DNA of 64,000 nucleotides from Escherichia coli (GTDB lineage Bacteria; Pseudomonadota; Gammaproteobacteria; Enterobacterales; Enterobacteriaceae): NCBI RefSeq assembly GCF_024502345.1, contig NZ_JALDNN010000001.1; one strand, 5' to 3'. Shown piece by piece: positions 1 to 14,058 of this stretch (position 1 is its first letter; each line of letters starts with the position of its first letter). The notes under the pieces were generated by a model. It saw only the letters and a program-made list of their open reading frames with translations, ran no database searches and was not told where the DNA came from. The position numbers and the translations under genes were made by a program.

Positions 1-538
1 CCATGAAGTAGTCCATCTCCTGGCTGCGACGCGCTTCAAGCGTCGCTTCCAGTCGCGTTTTTGCCAGCAAGAATTCATTATTTCCGGCCGCGAGTTCTTC
101 CAGACATTTCAGATATGCACACAGTGCATCTGCCTGTTTCACCAGCGATTTTTCTTCATCGCTATATGCATGCTCGTCAATTAACGGCGCAAAGATATCC
201 CGCAGCTCTTCCGGAACCATATCGACCAGTTTTTGCTGAGCGATTTTTTCAATAGCCTTGTACTCCTGAGCGATTTGCGAATTGAAGTATTTCACCGGAG
301 TAGGGAGATCGCCGGTGAGCACTTCTGAGGCATCGTGGTACATCGCCAGTAAAGCGATACGTTCGGCGTTGACATTACCGCCAAATTTCCGATTTTTGAT
401 AGCTGCCAGCGCATGGGCGACCATCGCTACCTGCAAACTGTGTTCGGACACATTTTCCGTCCGCACGTTGCGCATGAGCGGCCAGCGGTTAATGAGTTTC
501 AGGCGGGAGAGATGGGCAAAAAAATGGCTCTGTTTCAT
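1..538 (-). CDS. yfbR: 5'-deoxynucleotidase YfbR (HD-domain), 3' end truncated by window start
   Basis: Reverse-strand translation from the ATG at 538-536 reads [33 protein letters not shown]..., matching YfbR as I remember it; the frame stays open to position 1. Confidence 0.9.
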
Positions 539-621
539 AGTGACCTTACGTATGATGACATCATCAGGTCATTGTGGCGGGATAACACTGCCGGATGCAA
601 TCTCCGGCAGTGAAATTAAGA

Positions 622-1839
622 TTACAGCTGATGATAACCAGAAAGGAAACGCGCGAACTTGCTCAAAGACAGCTCGATATCATCGACACGCGGTAGCGTG
701 ACAATGCGGAAGTGATCCGGCCACGGCCAGTTGAATGCCGTCCCTTGCACCAACAGAACTTTTTCCTGCAACAGGAAATCCAGCACCATTTTCTGATCGT
801 CGTGAATGTTAAAGCGTTTGGCGTCGATTTTCGGGAACATATACAGCGCACCACGAGGTTTCACGCAGGAAACGCCCGGAATATCGTTGATCAATTCCCA
901 CGCGCGGTTACGCTGCTCATAAAGACGACCGCCAGGGGTAATAAATTCACTGATGCTCTGATAACCACCCAGCGCGGTCTGAATGGCGTGTTGCGCAGGA
1001 ACGTTAGCACACAGGCGCATTGAAGCCAGCATTTCCAGACCTTCGATGTAGCCTTTGGCGTGTTTTTTCGGCCCGTTCAACACCATCCACCCCTGACGGA
1101 AGCCTGCAACGCGGTACGTTTTCGACAGTCCGTTAAAGGTAATGGTCAGCAGGTCAGGTGCCAGCGGCGCAATTGAGTGATGCTCAGCGTCGTCGTAGAG
1201 AATTTTGTCATAAATTTCATCGGCGAAGATAATGAGATTATGCTGACGTGCAATCTCCACAATCTCCATTAAAAGCTCTTTGGAATATACCGCGCCGGTT
1301 GGGTTATTTGGGTTGATAATAACAATCCCACGCGTACGAGGCGTAATTTTAGCGCGAATATCATCGAGGTCCGGGAACCAGTCAGAGGATTCATCGCAAA
1401 GATAATGCACCGCTTTACCGCTGGAAAGCGAAACCGCCGCGGTCCAGAGTGGGTAATCTGGTGCAGGAACCAACATTTCGTCCCCGCTGTTCAGCAATGC
1501 CTGCATTGCCTGAACGATAAGCTCCGATACACCATTGCCGATGTAAATATCTTCCACGGTAACATCACGCATGCCACGAGCCTGGTAGTGCTGCATGATG
1601 GCTTTACGCGCGGAGTAAAGACCTTTGGAATCGCAATACCCTTGAGCGGTAGGCAGGTTGCGTATCACGTCAACGAGGATTTCATCTGGCGCGTCAAAAC
1701 CGAACGGGGCTGGGTTGCCGATGTTCAGTTTCAGTACCTTGTTACCTTCTTCTTCCAGGCGTTTTGCTTCTTTCAGCACCGGACCACGGATGTCATAACA
1801 GACATTCTCTAATTTGCTGGATTTTTCAATGGGGGACAT
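622..1839 (-). CDS. alaA: glutamate-pyruvate aminotransferase AlaA
   Basis: 405-aa ORF MSPIEKSSKLENVCYDIRGPVLKEAKRLEEEGNKVLKLNIGNPAPFGF...; class I/II PLP aminotransferase, same length as K-12 AlaA (YfbQ). Confidence 0.95.
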   Translation of the reverse strand: MSPIEKSSKLENVCYDIRGPVLKEAKRLEEEGNKVLKLNIGNPAPFGFDAPDEILVDVIRNLPTAQGYCDSKGLYSARKAIMQHYQARGMRDVTVEDIYIGNGVSELIVQAMQALLNSGDEMLVPAPDYPLWTAAVSLSSGKAVHYLCDESSDWFPDLDDIRAKITPRTRGIVIINPNNPTGAVYSKELLMEIVEIARQHNLIIFADEIYDKILYDDAEHHSIAPLAPDLLTITFNGLSKTYRVAGFRQGWMVLNGPKKHAKGYIEGLEMLASMRLCANVPAQHAIQTALGGYQSISEFITPGGRLYEQRNRAWELINDIPGVSCVKPRGALYMFPKIDAKRFNIHDDQKMVLDFLLQEKVLLVQGTAFNWPWPDHFRIVTLPRVDDIELSLSKFARFLSGYHQL

Positions 1840-2755
1840 GAATCTTGACCTTTTTTGCTGTTATCGCCACTCCCTGCCGTGGAAGTCAGCTTAGAACAAT
1901 GTACTCCCCCAGGACGGTGTTTTGAAGGTCTGCAGAATAAGATTTTGCCAGAGGGGAAGGCTCGATTGTGCTGTTAATAACTTAATAATGACAAAATAAT
2001 GAGGTGTATATGCTTTATATGCAATGTTATATAGTGAATTGTTCTGATTCTTAATTGTAAGTCTGGTTTTTTTATCTGTAAGATAATTGTGTGAAAATGC
2101 CTCATTTAAGAATTCACTAATGAAACGCGATGATGATATTTCCGCATTACGGAGAGTTTAACAGCGTGATGATTTCCGAAGTGTCACAATGGGGGCAAGG
2201 TGTGAAACTATTGTTAAGCGGAATTAATGAATGAGGATGATGCTAATTAATTATTATTTAATATTCAAAAAGGTTTTGATGTGCTTATTAATAATAGAAG
2301 ATTACTTTGCCTAACATAACATAACTTTGCATCAGATAATTCGCAATGACCCTTATAAATAAAAGGTTTTTGGGGTAAAATGTTCGCATAAATGACGGAT
2401 CCCTGCTCTTGATGCCTCCTCACCATTGCTGTTTGTACGTGTTCGCGTATGACCAGCGATGCTGCACGAGAGTGGAACAAGGACTCACATTTACATTTAT
2501 ACAAACACGCGCATGTCATAAATAGAAAAGAGTGAGTAACTTAATAGATATGCGATCCCTGAAGATATATTCTGTGATCTACTTCAGGCATTATAACGGA
2601 ACAATGTGAGTCGCTTTTTTAGTGCAACTCATATGCATTTTTACTTTCGTCCGGGTTCCGGATGAAACTGCCAGGGAGGCACATTACAAATGGAATTGCT
2701 TGTTTGTGTGTGCACAGCATTAACCAGCTCAGTATGAGCCGCCAGTAAGTGATAA

Positions 2756-3697
<942 letters not shown>

Positions 3698-3742
3698 TCG
3701 ACGGACGATAGATAATTCCTGAGACAATAGTGTAAAAAACGA

Positions 3743-3781
3743 GCCGCTGGGGGTGTTTTAAACCCCAGCGGCTTTTTTTTA
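3743..3781 (+). terminator. intrinsic terminator downstream of lrhA
   Basis: GC-rich inverted repeat gccgctggggg / cccccagcggc followed by a run of eight T (3773-3780). Confidence 0.8.
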
Positions 3782-4327
3782 GTAAAAATCCTTCCTCGCA
3801 TAGTGCAGAACGTACAAAACTGTTCATTTTTCAATCACCAGAGATTCACGTCCCGAACGCACAAATAATCGCCTGAAAAAAATCACCTGCTACAATGATG
3901 TTAAAAAATACGTAAATTTGTTGCTGCGTTTTTGTTATGGAATGACAAAAGCGTGTCACAGATCAAGAAAATACTCTCTTTTGGGGGGAGGAATCGACAC
4001 AAATTCCTGTCAAAATAGACCCGTATTTTTTCCATTGCTTCACAACGGACACGATTCAACAACATCTAATTATCCTGGAGTCGTCAAGGATCTGGGGTGA
4101 AAGGGCATTAAATGCTAATGGTGTTGATATTATGTAAACTAATGTGAAGAAACTTTTGTTAAAGTTGACAAAAGGTTATAGAAAGGAGTAAAAGACCACA
4201 TCAATTAGCTGTATAAAAGAATTTCTACAGTGATTGTAAGGTTTTTTTTATTCCTCCCCATGAATCGATGTGGCGTCCATCTGCCGTGAAGAGCAGTGAA
4301 TCTGGCGCTACTTTTGATGAGTAAGCA

Positions 4328-4771
4328 ATGAGTATGTCAACATCCACTGAAGTCATCGCTCATCACTGGGCATTCGCTATCTTTCTTATCGTTGCCATTG
4401 GCCTGTGTTGCCTGATGCTGGTAGGCGGTTGGTTTTTAGGCGGTCGCGCACGCGCGAGGTCGAAAAACGTGCCGTTTGAATCCGGTATCGACTCGGTCGG
4501 CTCCGCCCGCTTACGCCTGTCCGCCAAGTTTTATCTGGTGGCCATGTTCTTCGTTATCTTCGACGTTGAAGCGCTGTATCTGTTCGCATGGTCAACCTCT
4601 ATCCGCGAAAGCGGCTGGGTAGGCTTTGTGGAAGCTGCAATTTTTATTTTTGTGTTACTGGCAGGTCTGGTTTATCTGGTGCGTATTGGCGCGCTGGACT
4701 GGACGCCCGCGCGTTCACGCCGCGAGCGTATGAACCCGGAAACGAACAGTATCGCTAATCGTCAACGCTAA
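4328..4771 (+). CDS. nuoA: NADH:quinone oxidoreductase subunit A
   Basis: 147-aa membrane protein [28 protein letters not shown]...; first gene of the nuo operon. Confidence 0.97.
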
Positions 4772-4786
4772 CCGCGAGGCATTAAG

Positions 4787-5449
4787 ATGGATTATACGCT
4801 CACCCGCATAGATCCCAACGGTGAGAACGACCGTTACCCCCTGCAAAAGCAGGAGATCGTAACCGACCCTCTGGAGCAAGAAGTTAACAAAAACGTGTTT
4901 ATGGGCAAGCTCAATGACATGGTTAACTGGGGTCGTAAAAACTCAATTTGGCCGTATAACTTCGGTCTTTCCTGCTGTTACGTTGAGATGGTGACTTCGT
5001 TTACCGCGGTGCATGACGTGGCGCGTTTTGGCGCAGAAGTATTGCGTGCTTCGCCGCGTCAGGCTGACCTGATGGTGGTTGCAGGAACCTGCTTTACCAA
5101 AATGGCACCGGTTATTCAGCGTCTGTATGACCAGATGCTGGAACCAAAATGGGTTATCTCAATGGGTGCCTGTGCCAACTCTGGTGGTATGTACGATATT
5201 TATTCCGTTGTGCAGGGCGTCGATAAATTCATCCCGGTTGATGTGTATATCCCGGGCTGCCCGCCGCGTCCTGAAGCGTACATGCAGGCACTGATGCTGT
5301 TGCAGGAATCTATCGGCAAAGAACGTCGTCCGCTCTCCTGGGTGGTTGGCGATCAGGGCGTTTATCGCGCCAATATGCAATCAGAGCGCGAACGCAAGCG
5401 CGGTGAACGCATTGCCGTAACCAACCTGCGTACACCTGACGAGATTTAA
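4787..5449 (+). CDS. nuoB: NADH:quinone oxidoreductase subunit B (Fe-S, N2 cluster)
   Basis: 220-aa ORF with CCxxE...GxCxxxGG...CPP motifs ([24 protein letters not shown]). Confidence 0.97.
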
Positions 5450-5542
5450 TTTGCGCCTGTCGGCAAAGGGATTTTTCTTCGCTTATTCCTAAATCTATTT
5501 CGCGAAGCTTACTGCGCCGACAGTCACCACGGACCATTTGCA

Positions 5543-7345
5543 ATGGTGAACAATATGACCGACTTAACCGCGCAAGAACCCGCCTGGCAGACCCGCGATC
5601 ATCTTGATGATCCGGTAATTGGCGAACTGCGCAACCGTTTTGGGCCGGATGCCTTTACTGTTCAGGCGACTCGCACCGGGGTTCCCGTTGTGTGGATCAA
5701 GCGTGAACAATTACTGGAAGTTGGCGATTTCTTAAAGAAACTGCCGAAACCTTACGTCATGCTGTTTGACTTACACGGCATGGACGAACGTCTGCGCACA
5801 CACCGCGAAGGGTTACCTGCCGCGGATTTTTCCGTTTTCTACCATCTGATTTCTATCGATCGTAACCGCGACATCATGCTGAAGGTGGCGCTGGCAGAAA
5901 ACGACCTGCACGTACCGACCTTCACCAAACTGTTCCCGAACGCTAACTGGTATGAGCGTGAAACCTGGGATCTGTTTGGCATTACTTTCGACGGTCACCC
6001 GAACCTGCGCCGCATCATGATGCCGCAAACCTGGAAAGGTCACCCGCTGCGTAAAGATTACCCGGCGCGCGCTACCGAATTCTCGCCGTTTGAGCTGACC
6101 AAAGCCAAACAGGATCTGGAGATGGAAGCCCTGACCTTCAAACCGGAAGAGTGGGGGATGAAGCGCGGCACCGAAAACGAGGACTTCATGTTCCTCAACC
6201 TCGGTCCGAACCACCCGTCGGCGCACGGGGCTTTCCGTATCGTTTTACAACTCGACGGCGAAGAGATTGTCGACTGCGTACCAGACATCGGCTACCACCA
6301 CCGTGGTGCGGAGAAAATGGGCGAGCGCCAGTCCTGGCACAGCTACATTCCGTATACCGACCGTATTGAATACCTCGGCGGCTGCGTTAACGAAATGCCT
6401 TACGTGCTGGCGGTAGAGAAACTGGCCGGGATCACCGTGCCGGATCGCGTTAACGTCATTCGCGTTATGCTCTCCGAACTGTTCCGTATCAACAGCCACC
6501 TGCTGTACATCTCGACCTTTATTCAGGACGTCGGCGCAATGACGCCCGTGTTCTTCGCCTTTACCGATCGTCAGAAAATTTACGATCTGGTGGAAGCGAT
6601 CACGGGTTTCCGTATGCACCCGGCGTGGTTCCGTATTGGCGGCGTAGCGCACGACCTGCCGCGCGGCTGGGATCGCCTGCTGCGTGAGTTCCTCGACTGG
6701 ATGCCGAAACGTCTGGCGTCTTACGAGAAAGCGGCGCTGCAAAATACCATTCTGAAAGGTCGTTCCCAGGGCGTTGCCGCCTATGGCGCGAAAGAGGCGC
6801 TGGAGTGGGGCACCACTGGCGCGGGCCTGCGTGCTACCGGGATCGACTTCGACGTGCGTAAGGCGCGTCCTTATTCTGGCTATGAAAACTTCGACTTTGA
6901 AATCCCGGTTGGTGGTGGTGTTTCTGACTGCTACACCCGCGTAATGCTGAAAGTGGAAGAGCTGCGCCAGAGTCTGCGCATTCTTGAGCAGTGCCTCAAC
7001 AACATGCCGGAAGGCCCGTTCAAAGCGGATCACCCGCTGACCACGCCGCCGCCGAAAGAGCGCACGCTGCAACATATCGAAACCCTGATCACCCACTTCC
7101 TGCAAGTGTCGTGGGGGCCGGTGATGCCTGCCAATGAATCTTTCCAGATGATTGAGGCGACCAAGGGGATCAACAGTTACTACCTGACCAGCGACGGTAG
7201 CACCATGAGTTATCGCACTCGTATACGCACGCCGAGTTATGCGCATTTGCAGCAAATTCCGGCGGCGATCCGCGGCAGCCTGGTGTCTGACCTGATTGTT
7301 TATCTGGGCAGTATCGATTTTGTTATGTCAGATGTGGACCGCTAA
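5543..7345 (+). CDS. nuoC: NADH:quinone oxidoreductase fused subunit C/D
   Basis: 600-aa [26 protein letters not shown]...; fused NuoCD as in E. coli. The start could instead be the ATG at 5555 (596 aa). Confidence 0.95.
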
Positions 7346-7347
7346 TT

Positions 7348-7848
7348 ATGCACGAGAATCAACAACCACAAACCGAGGCTTTTGAGCTGAGTGCGGCAGA
7401 GCGTGAAGCGATTGAGCACGAGATGCACCACTACGAAGACCCGCGTGCGGCGTCCATTGAAGCGCTGAAAATCGTTCAGAAGCAGCGTGGCTGGGTGCCG
7501 GATGGTGCGATCCACGCGATCGCCGATGTGCTGGGTATTCCGGCAAGCGACGTCGAAGGTGTGGCAACGTTCTACAGCCAGATCTTCCGCCAGCCGGTTG
7601 GCCGCCATGTGATCCGTTATTGCGACAGCGTGGTCTGTCATATCAACGGTTACCAGGGTATTCAGGCGGCGCTCGAGAAAAAGCTAAACATCAAACCAGG
7701 GCAAACGACATTTGACGGTCGCTTTACGCTGCTGCCAACTTGCTGCCTGGGGAACTGTGATAAAGGGCCAAACATGATGATCGATGAGGATACTCACGCG
7801 CATCTGACCCCGGAAGCGATCCCTGAACTGCTGGAGCGGTATAAATGA
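7348..7848 (+). CDS. nuoE: NADH:quinone oxidoreductase subunit E (2Fe-2S)
   Basis: 166-aa [52 protein letters not shown]...; Cys motifs CDSVVCH and CCLGNC. Confidence 0.97.
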
Positions 7849-9182
7849 AAAACATTATCCGTACTCCCGAAACGCATCCGCTGACCTGGCGTCTGCGCGA
7901 TGACAAACAGCCAGTGTGGCTGGACGAATATCGCAGCAAAAACGGTTACGAAGGCGCGCGTAAGGCGCTGACTGGGCTGTCTCCGGACGAAATCGTTAAT
8001 CAGGTAAAAGACGCTGGTCTGAAAGGGCGCGGTGGCGCGGGCTTTTCTACCGGCCTGAAATGGAGCCTGATGCCGAAAGACGAATCCATGAACATCCGTT
8101 ACCTGCTGTGTAACGCCGATGAAATGGAGCCAGGCACCTATAAAGACCGCCTGCTGATGGAGCAACTGCCGCACCTGCTGGTGGAAGGTATGCTCATCTC
8201 CGCGTTTGCGCTGAAAGCTTACCGTGGCTACATCTTCCTGCGTGGCGAATATATCGAAGCGGCAGTAAATCTGCGCCGCGCCATTGCCGAAGCCACTGAA
8301 GCGGGCTTGCTTGGCAAAAACATTATGGGAACAGGTTTCGACTTCGAACTGTTCGTCCATACCGGGGCAGGGCGCTACATCTGCGGGGAAGAAACAGCGT
8401 TAATCAACTCCCTGGAAGGGCGTCGTGCTAACCCACGCTCGAAACCCCCCTTCCCGGCAACCTCCGGCGTATGGGGCAAACCGACCTGTGTCAACAACGT
8501 CGAAACCCTGTGTAACGTTCCGGCGATCCTCGCTAACGGCGTGGAGTGGTATCAGAACATCTCGAAAAGTAAAGATGCTGGCACCAAGCTGATGGGCTTC
8601 TCCGGTCGGGTGAAAAATCCGGGACTGTGGGAACTGCCGTTTGGTACTACCGCGCGCGAGATCCTCGAAGATTACGCCGGTGGTATGCGTGACGGTCTGA
8701 AATTCAAAGCCTGGCAGCCAGGCGGCGCGGGCACCGACTTCCTGACCGAAGCGCACCTTGACCTGCCGATGGAATTCGAAAGTATCGGTAAAGCGGGAAG
8801 CCGTCTGGGTACGGCGCTGGCGATGGCGGTTGACCATGAGATCAACATGGTGTCGCTGGTGCGTAACCTGGAAGAGTTTTTCGCCCGTGAGTCCTGCGGC
8901 TGGTGTACGCCGTGCCGCGACGGTCTGCCGTGGAGCGTGAAAATTCTGCGTGCGCTGGAGCGTGGCGAAGGCCAGCCGGGCGATATCGAAACACTTGAGC
9001 AACTGTGTCGATTCTTAGGCCCGGGTAAAACTTTCTGTGCCCACGCACCTGGTGCAGTGGAGCCGTTACAGAGCGCCATCAAATATTTCCGCGAAGAATT
9101 TGAGGCGGGAATCAAACAGCCGTTCAGCAATACCCATTTGATTAATGGGATTCAGCCGAACCTGCTGAAAGAGCGCTGGTAA
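7845..9182 (+). CDS. nuoF: NADH:quinone oxidoreductase subunit F (NADH/FMN binding, 4Fe-4S)
   Basis: 445-aa ORF with [13 protein letters not shown] and [10 protein letters not shown] motifs; start overlaps the nuoE stop by 4 nt. Confidence 0.97.
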   Translation: MKNIIRTPETHPLTWRLRDDKQPVWLDEYRSKNGYEGARKALTGLSPDEIVNQVKDAGLKGRGGAGFSTGLKWSLMPKDESMNIRYLLCNADEMEPGTYKDRLLMEQLPHLLVEGMLISAFALKAYRGYIFLRGEYIEAAVNLRRAIAEATEAGLLGKNIMGTGFDFELFVHTGAGRYICGEETALINSLEGRRANPRSKPPFPATSGVWGKPTCVNNVETLCNVPAILANGVEWYQNISKSKDAGTKLMGFSGRVKNPGLWELPFGTTAREILEDYAGGMRDGLKFKAWQPGGAGTDFLTEAHLDLPMEFESIGKAGSRLGTALAMAVDHEINMVSLVRNLEEFFARESCGWCTPCRDGLPWSVKILRALERGEGQPGDIETLEQLCRFLGPGKTFCAHAPGAVEPLQSAIKYFREEFEAGIKQPFSNTHLINGIQPNLLKERW

Positions 9183-9234
9183 CCGAATTTCGATTAACGC
9201 TCAGTCTCTGACTGAGAAAACTGGAAGCATGCTA

Positions 9235-11961
9235 ATGGCTACAATTCATGTAGACGGCAAAGAATACGAGGTCAACGGAGCGGACAACCTGCTGGAAGCT
9301 TGTCTGTCTCTGGGCCTTGATATTCCTTACTTTTGCTGGCATCCGGCGCTGGGAAGCGTCGGTGCTTGCCGCCAGTGTGCGGTGAAGCAATACCAAAACG
9401 CGGAAGACACGCGTGGTCGCCTGGTGATGTCCTGTATGACACCGGCTTCCGATGGCACCTTTATTTCCATTGACGACGAAGAAGCGAAACAGTTCCGTGA
9501 AAGCGTGGTCGAGTGGTTGATGACCAACCACCCGCACGACTGTCCGGTATGTGAAGAGGGCGGTAACTGCCATCTTCAGGATATGACTGTAATGACCGGA
9601 CACAGCTTCCGTCGCTACCGTTTCACCAAACGTACCCACCGTAATCAGGATTTGGGGCCATTCATCTCTCACGAAATGAACCGCTGCATCGCCTGCTACC
9701 GCTGTGTGCGTTACTACAAAGATTACGCTGACGGTACAGATCTGGGCGTTTACGGTGCGCACGACAACGTCTACTTCGGTCGCCCGGAAGACGGCACACT
9801 GGAAAGCGAATTTTCCGGTAACCTGGTCGAAATTTGCCCGACCGGCGTATTTACCGACAAAACGCACTCCGAGCGTTACAACCGTAAATGGGATATGCAG
9901 TTTGCGCCGAGCATCTGCCAGCAATGTTCCATCGGCTGTAACATCAGCCCCGGTGAACGTTACGGCGAACTGCGTCGTATCGAAAACCGTTACAACGGTA
10001 CGGTAAACCACTACTTCCTCTGCGACCGTGGTCGTTTCGGTTACGGTTACGTCAACCTGAAGGATCGTCCGCGTCAGCCAGTACAGCGTCGTGGCGATGA
10101 TTTCATTACCCTCAACGCCGAACAGGCAATGCAGGGCGCGGCAGATATTCTGCGTCAGTCGAAGAAAGTGATCGGTATTGGTTCTCCGCGTGCCAGCGTG
10201 GAAAGCAACTTTGCGCTGCGTGAACTGGTGGGCGAAGAAAACTTCTACACCGGTATCGCTCACGGTGAGCAGGAACGTCTGCAACTGGCGCTGAAAGTGC
10301 TGCGTGAAGGCGGCATTTATACTCCGGCTCTGCGCGAAATCGAATCTTACGATGCGGTACTGGTGCTGGGCGAAGACGTTACCCAGACCGGCGCGCGCGC
10401 CGCGCTGGCAGTGCGTCAGGCGGTGAAAGGTAAAGCGCGCGAAATGGCGGCAGCACAGAAAGTGGCTGACTGGCAGATTGCGGCAATCCTTAACATTGGC
10501 CAACGTGCGAAGCATCCGCTGTTTGTTACCAACGTTGATGACACCCGTCTGGATGATATCGCGGCGTGGACTTATCGCGCACCGGTTGAAGATCAGGCGC
10601 GTTTAGGTTTTGCCATCGCCCATGCGCTGGATAACTCCGCACCAGCGGTTGACGGTATCGAACCTGAGCTGCAAAGCAAAATCGACGTCATCGTGCAGGC
10701 ACTGGCAGGTGCGAAGAAACCGTTGATTATCTCCGGGACGAACGCCGGTAGCATAGAGGTGATTCAGGCTGCGGCTAACGTCGCGAAAGCCCTGAAAGGT
10801 CGCGGCGCTGACGTTGGTATCACCATGATTGCCCGTTCCGTCAACAGCATGGGGCTGGGCATTATGGGTGGCGGTTCGCTTGAAGAAGCGTTGACCGAAC
10901 TGGAAACCGGACGCGCCGACGCGGTGGTGGTGCTGGAAAACGATCTGCATCGTCACGCTTCTGCTACCCGCGTGAATGCTGCGCTGGCTAAAGCGCCGCT
11001 GGTGATGGTGGTTGACCATCAACGCACAGCGATCATGGAAAACGCCCATCTGGTACTTTCTGCTGCCAGCTTTGCTGAAAGCGACGGTACGGTGATTAAC
11101 AACGAAGGCCGCGCCCAACGTTTCTTCCAGGTTTACGATCCGGCCTATTACGACAGCAAAACTGTCATGCTGGAAAGCTGGCGCTGGTTACACTCGCTGC
11201 ACAGCACCCTGCTGAGCCGTGAAGTGGACTGGACGCAGCTCGACCATGTGATTGACGCTGTTGTGGCGAAAATCCCGGAACTGGCGGGTATCAAAGATGC
11301 TGCGCCGGATGCGACATTCCGTATTCGTGGGCAGAAACTGGCCCGTGAACCGCACCGTTACAGCGGTCGTACCGCCATGCGCGCCAATATCAGCGTTCAT
11401 GAGCCGCGTCAGCCGCAGGATATTGACACCATGTTCACCTTCTCGATGGAAGGTAACAACCAGCCGACTGCGCACCGTTCGCAAGTGCCGTTTGCCTGGG
11501 CGCCGGGCTGGAACTCCCCGCAGGCGTGGAACAAATTCCAGGACGAAGTGGGCGGCAAACTGCGCTTTGGCGATCCGGGCGTGCGTCTGTTTGAAACCAG
11601 CGAAAATGGTCTGGATTACTTTACCAGCGTACCGGCACGCTTCCAGCCGCAGGACGGGAAATGGCGTATCGCGCCGTATTACCACCTGTTTGGCAGCGAT
11701 GAATTGTCACAGCGTGCTCCGGTCTTCCAGAGCCGTATGCCGCAGCCGTACATCAAACTCAACCCAGCGGATGCCGCGAAGTTAGGTGTGAACGCAGGTA
11801 CACACGTCTCCTTTAGTTACGATGGCAATACGGTCACGCTGCCGGTTGAAATCGCTGAAGGGCTGACGGCAGGGCAGGTGGGCTTGCCGATGGGTATGTC
11901 CGGTATTGCTCCGGTGCTGGCTGGCGCGCATCTTGAGGATCTCAAGGAGGCACAACAATGA
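9235..11961 (+). CDS. nuoG: NADH:quinone oxidoreductase subunit G
   Basis: Reading from [13 protein letters not shown] gives 908 aa; the ORF track begins two codons earlier (MLM...). N-terminal Fe-S Cys clusters are present. Confidence 0.96.
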   Translation: MATIHVDGKEYEVNGADNLLEACLSLGLDIPYFCWHPALGSVGACRQCAVKQYQNAEDTRGRLVMSCMTPASDGTFISIDDEEAKQFRESVVEWLMTNHPHDCPVCEEGGNCHLQDMTVMTGHSFRRYRFTKRTHRNQDLGPFISHEMNRCIACYRCVRYYKDYADGTDLGVYGAHDNVYFGRPEDGTLESEFSGNLVEICPTGVFTDKTHSERYNRKWDMQFAPSICQQCSIGCNISPGERYGELRRIENRYNGTVNHYFLCDRGRFGYGYVNLKDRPRQPVQRRGDDFITLNAEQAMQGAADILRQSKKVIGIGSPRASVESNFALRELVGEENFYTGIAHGEQERLQLALKVLREGGIYTPALREIESYDAVLVLGEDVTQTGARAALAVRQAVKGKAREMAAAQKVADWQIAAILNIGQRAKHPLFVTNVDDTRLDDIAAWTYRAPVEDQARLGFAIAHALDNSAPAVDGIEPELQSKIDVIVQALAGAKKPLIISGTNAGSIEVIQAAANVAKALKGRGADVGITMIARSVNSMGLGIMGGGSLEEALTELETGRADAVVVLENDLHRHASATRVNAALAKAPLVMVVDHQRTAIMENAHLVLSAASFAESDGTVINNEGRAQRFFQVYDPAYYDSKTVMLESWRWLHSLHSTLLSREVDWTQLDHVIDAVVAKIPELAGIKDAAPDATFRIRGQKLAREPHRYSGRTAMRANISVHEPRQPQDIDTMFTFSMEGNNQPTAHRSQVPFAWAPGWNSPQAWNKFQDEVGGKLRFGDPGVRLFETSENGLDYFTSVPARFQPQDGKWRIAPYYHLFGSDELSQRAPVFQSRMPQPYIKLNPADAAKLGVNAGTHVSFSYDGNTVTLPVEIAEGLTAGQVGLPMGMSGIAPVLAGAHLEDLKEAQQ

Positions 11962-12935
11962 GTTGGATATCACCGGAACTGATTGAGATCCTGCTGACCA
12001 TCCTCAAAGCGGTGGTGATCCTGCTGGTGGTTGTCACCTGCGGGGCATTCATGAGCTTTGGCGAACGTCGCCTGCTGGGTCTGTTCCAGAACCGTTACGG
12101 ACCTAACCGTGTTGGCTGGGGCGGTTCGCTCCAGCTGGTTGCGGACATGATCAAAATGTTCTTTAAAGAAGACTGGATCCCGAAATTCTCGGATCGCGTC
12201 ATCTTTACCCTGGCACCGATGATTGCCTTTACCTCGCTGCTGCTGGCCTTTGCGATTGTGCCAGTCAGTCCGGGTTGGGTGGTTGCCGACCTGAACATCG
12301 GGATTTTGTTCTTCCTGATGATGGCAGGTCTGGCGGTTTACGCGGTGCTGTTTGCGGGCTGGTCAAGTAACAACAAATACTCGTTGCTGGGTGCGATGCG
12401 TGCTTCTGCGCAGACCCTGAGCTACGAAGTGTTCCTCGGGCTTTCCCTGATGGGCGTGGTGGCGCAGGCCGGTTCATTCAACATGACCGACATCGTCAAC
12501 AGCCAGGCGCATTTGTGGAACGTTATCCCGCAATTCTTTGGTTTTATTACCTTTGCCATCGCGGGCGTGGCGGTATGTCACCGTCACCCGTTTGACCAGC
12601 CGGAAGCCGAGCAGGAACTGGCGGATGGTTACCACATTGAATATTCCGGTATGAAGTTCGGTCTGTTCTTCGTGGGTGAGTACATCGGGATTGTGACCAT
12701 CTCTGCATTGATGGTGACGCTGTTCTTCGGTGGCTGGCAAGGCCCGTTGTTACCGCCATTCATCTGGTTCGCGCTGAAAACCGCGTTCTTTATGATGATG
12801 TTCATTTTGATTCGTGCGTCGTTACCGCGTCCGCGTTATGACCAGGTAATGTCCTTCGGCTGGAAAATCTGCCTGCCGCTGACGCTGATCAACTTGCTGG
12901 TAACGGCGGCTGTCATTCTCTGGCAGGCGCAATAA
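11958..12935 (+). CDS. nuoH: NADH:quinone oxidoreductase subunit H (membrane)
   Basis: 325-aa polytopic membrane [26 protein letters not shown]...; overlaps the nuoG stop by 4 nt. Confidence 0.97.
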
Positions 12936-12949
12936 GGGGCAATAAGACC

Positions 12950-13492
12950 ATGACCTTAAAAGAATTGTTAGTAGGTTTCGGCACCCAGGTTCGTAGTATC
13001 TGGATGATCGGCCTGCACGCGTTCGCCAAACGCGAAACGCGAATGTACCCGGAAGAGCCGGTCTATCTGCCGCCCCGTTATCGTGGTCGTATCGTTCTGA
13101 CCCGCGACCCGGACGGCGAAGAGCGTTGCGTAGCCTGTAACCTCTGCGCGGTAGCCTGCCCGGTCGGCTGTATCTCGCTGCAAAAAGCAGAAACCAAAGA
13201 CGGTCGCTGGTACCCGGAATTTTTCCGCATCAACTTCTCACGCTGCATTTTCTGTGGTCTGTGCGAAGAAGCCTGTCCGACCACGGCGATTCAGTTAACC
13301 CCGGATTTCGAAATGGGGGAATACAAGCGCCAGGATCTGGTTTACGAAAAAGAGGATCTGCTGATCTCCGGTCCGGGCAAATACCCGGAATATAACTTCT
13401 ACCGGATGGCAGGTATGGCAATCGACGGCAAAGATAAGGGCGAAGCAGAGAACGAAGCCAAGCCTATCGACGTCAAGAGCCTGTTACCGTAA
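12950..13492 (+). CDS. nuoI: NADH:quinone oxidoreductase subunit I (2x 4Fe-4S ferredoxin)
   Basis: 180-aa ORF with two CxxCxxCxxxCP motifs ([24 protein letters not shown]). Confidence 0.97.
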
Positions 13493-13503
13493 GGAGAGGG
13501 GCA

Positions 13504-14058
13504 ATGGAGTTCGCTTTTTATATCTGTGGCCTGATAGCCATACTTGCGACCTTGCGAGTGATCACCCATACCAATCCGGTACACGCACTGCTGTACCTGA
13601 TTATTTCGCTGCTGGCGATTTCCGGGGTGTTCTTCTCACTGGGCGCTTACTTCGCCGGTGCGCTGGAAATTATCGTCTACGCGGGTGCCATTATGGTGCT
13701 GTTCGTGTTCGTGGTGATGATGCTCAACCTGGGCGGTTCAGAAATCGAACAGGAACGCCAGTGGCTGAAACCGCAGGTGTGGATTGGTCCGGCAATTTTG
13801 TCGGCCATCATGCTGGTGGTGATTGTTTACGCCATCCTTGGTGTTAATGATCAGGGTATCGACGGTACGCCAATCAGTGCTAAAGCAGTGGGTATTACGC
13901 TGTTCGGGCCTTACGTACTGGCGGTGGAACTGGCTTCTATGCTGCTGCTCGCGGGTCTGGTTGTGGCCTTCCACGTCGGTCGTGAAGAGCGTGCGGGTGA
14001 AGTGCTGAGCAATCGTAAAGACGACAGCGCGAAAAGAAAAACGGAGGAGCACGCATGA
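13504..14058 (+). CDS. nuoJ: NADH:quinone oxidoreductase subunit J
   Basis: 184-aa hydrophobic [41 protein letters not shown].... Confidence 0.96.

Noticed and set aside
2265-2519. 84-aa reverse-strand ORF in the alaA-lrhA intergenic region
   Set aside because: AT-rich with odd composition and no recognisable domain or ribosome-binding context; more likely a chance ORF in regulatory DNA, though small-protein coding cannot be excluded without expression data.
9232-10515. 427-aa reverse-strand ORF inside nuoG; similar long antisense ORFs lie inside nuoC (6245-7255), nuoL (14369-15814), nrdA (61234-63150), glpA (52739-53446) and the men/arn genes
   Set aside because: Each lies fully antisense to a confidently identified, full-length conserved gene and has an arginine/cysteine/histidine-rich, low-complexity composition typical of stop-free antisense frames in GC-rich coding DNA.
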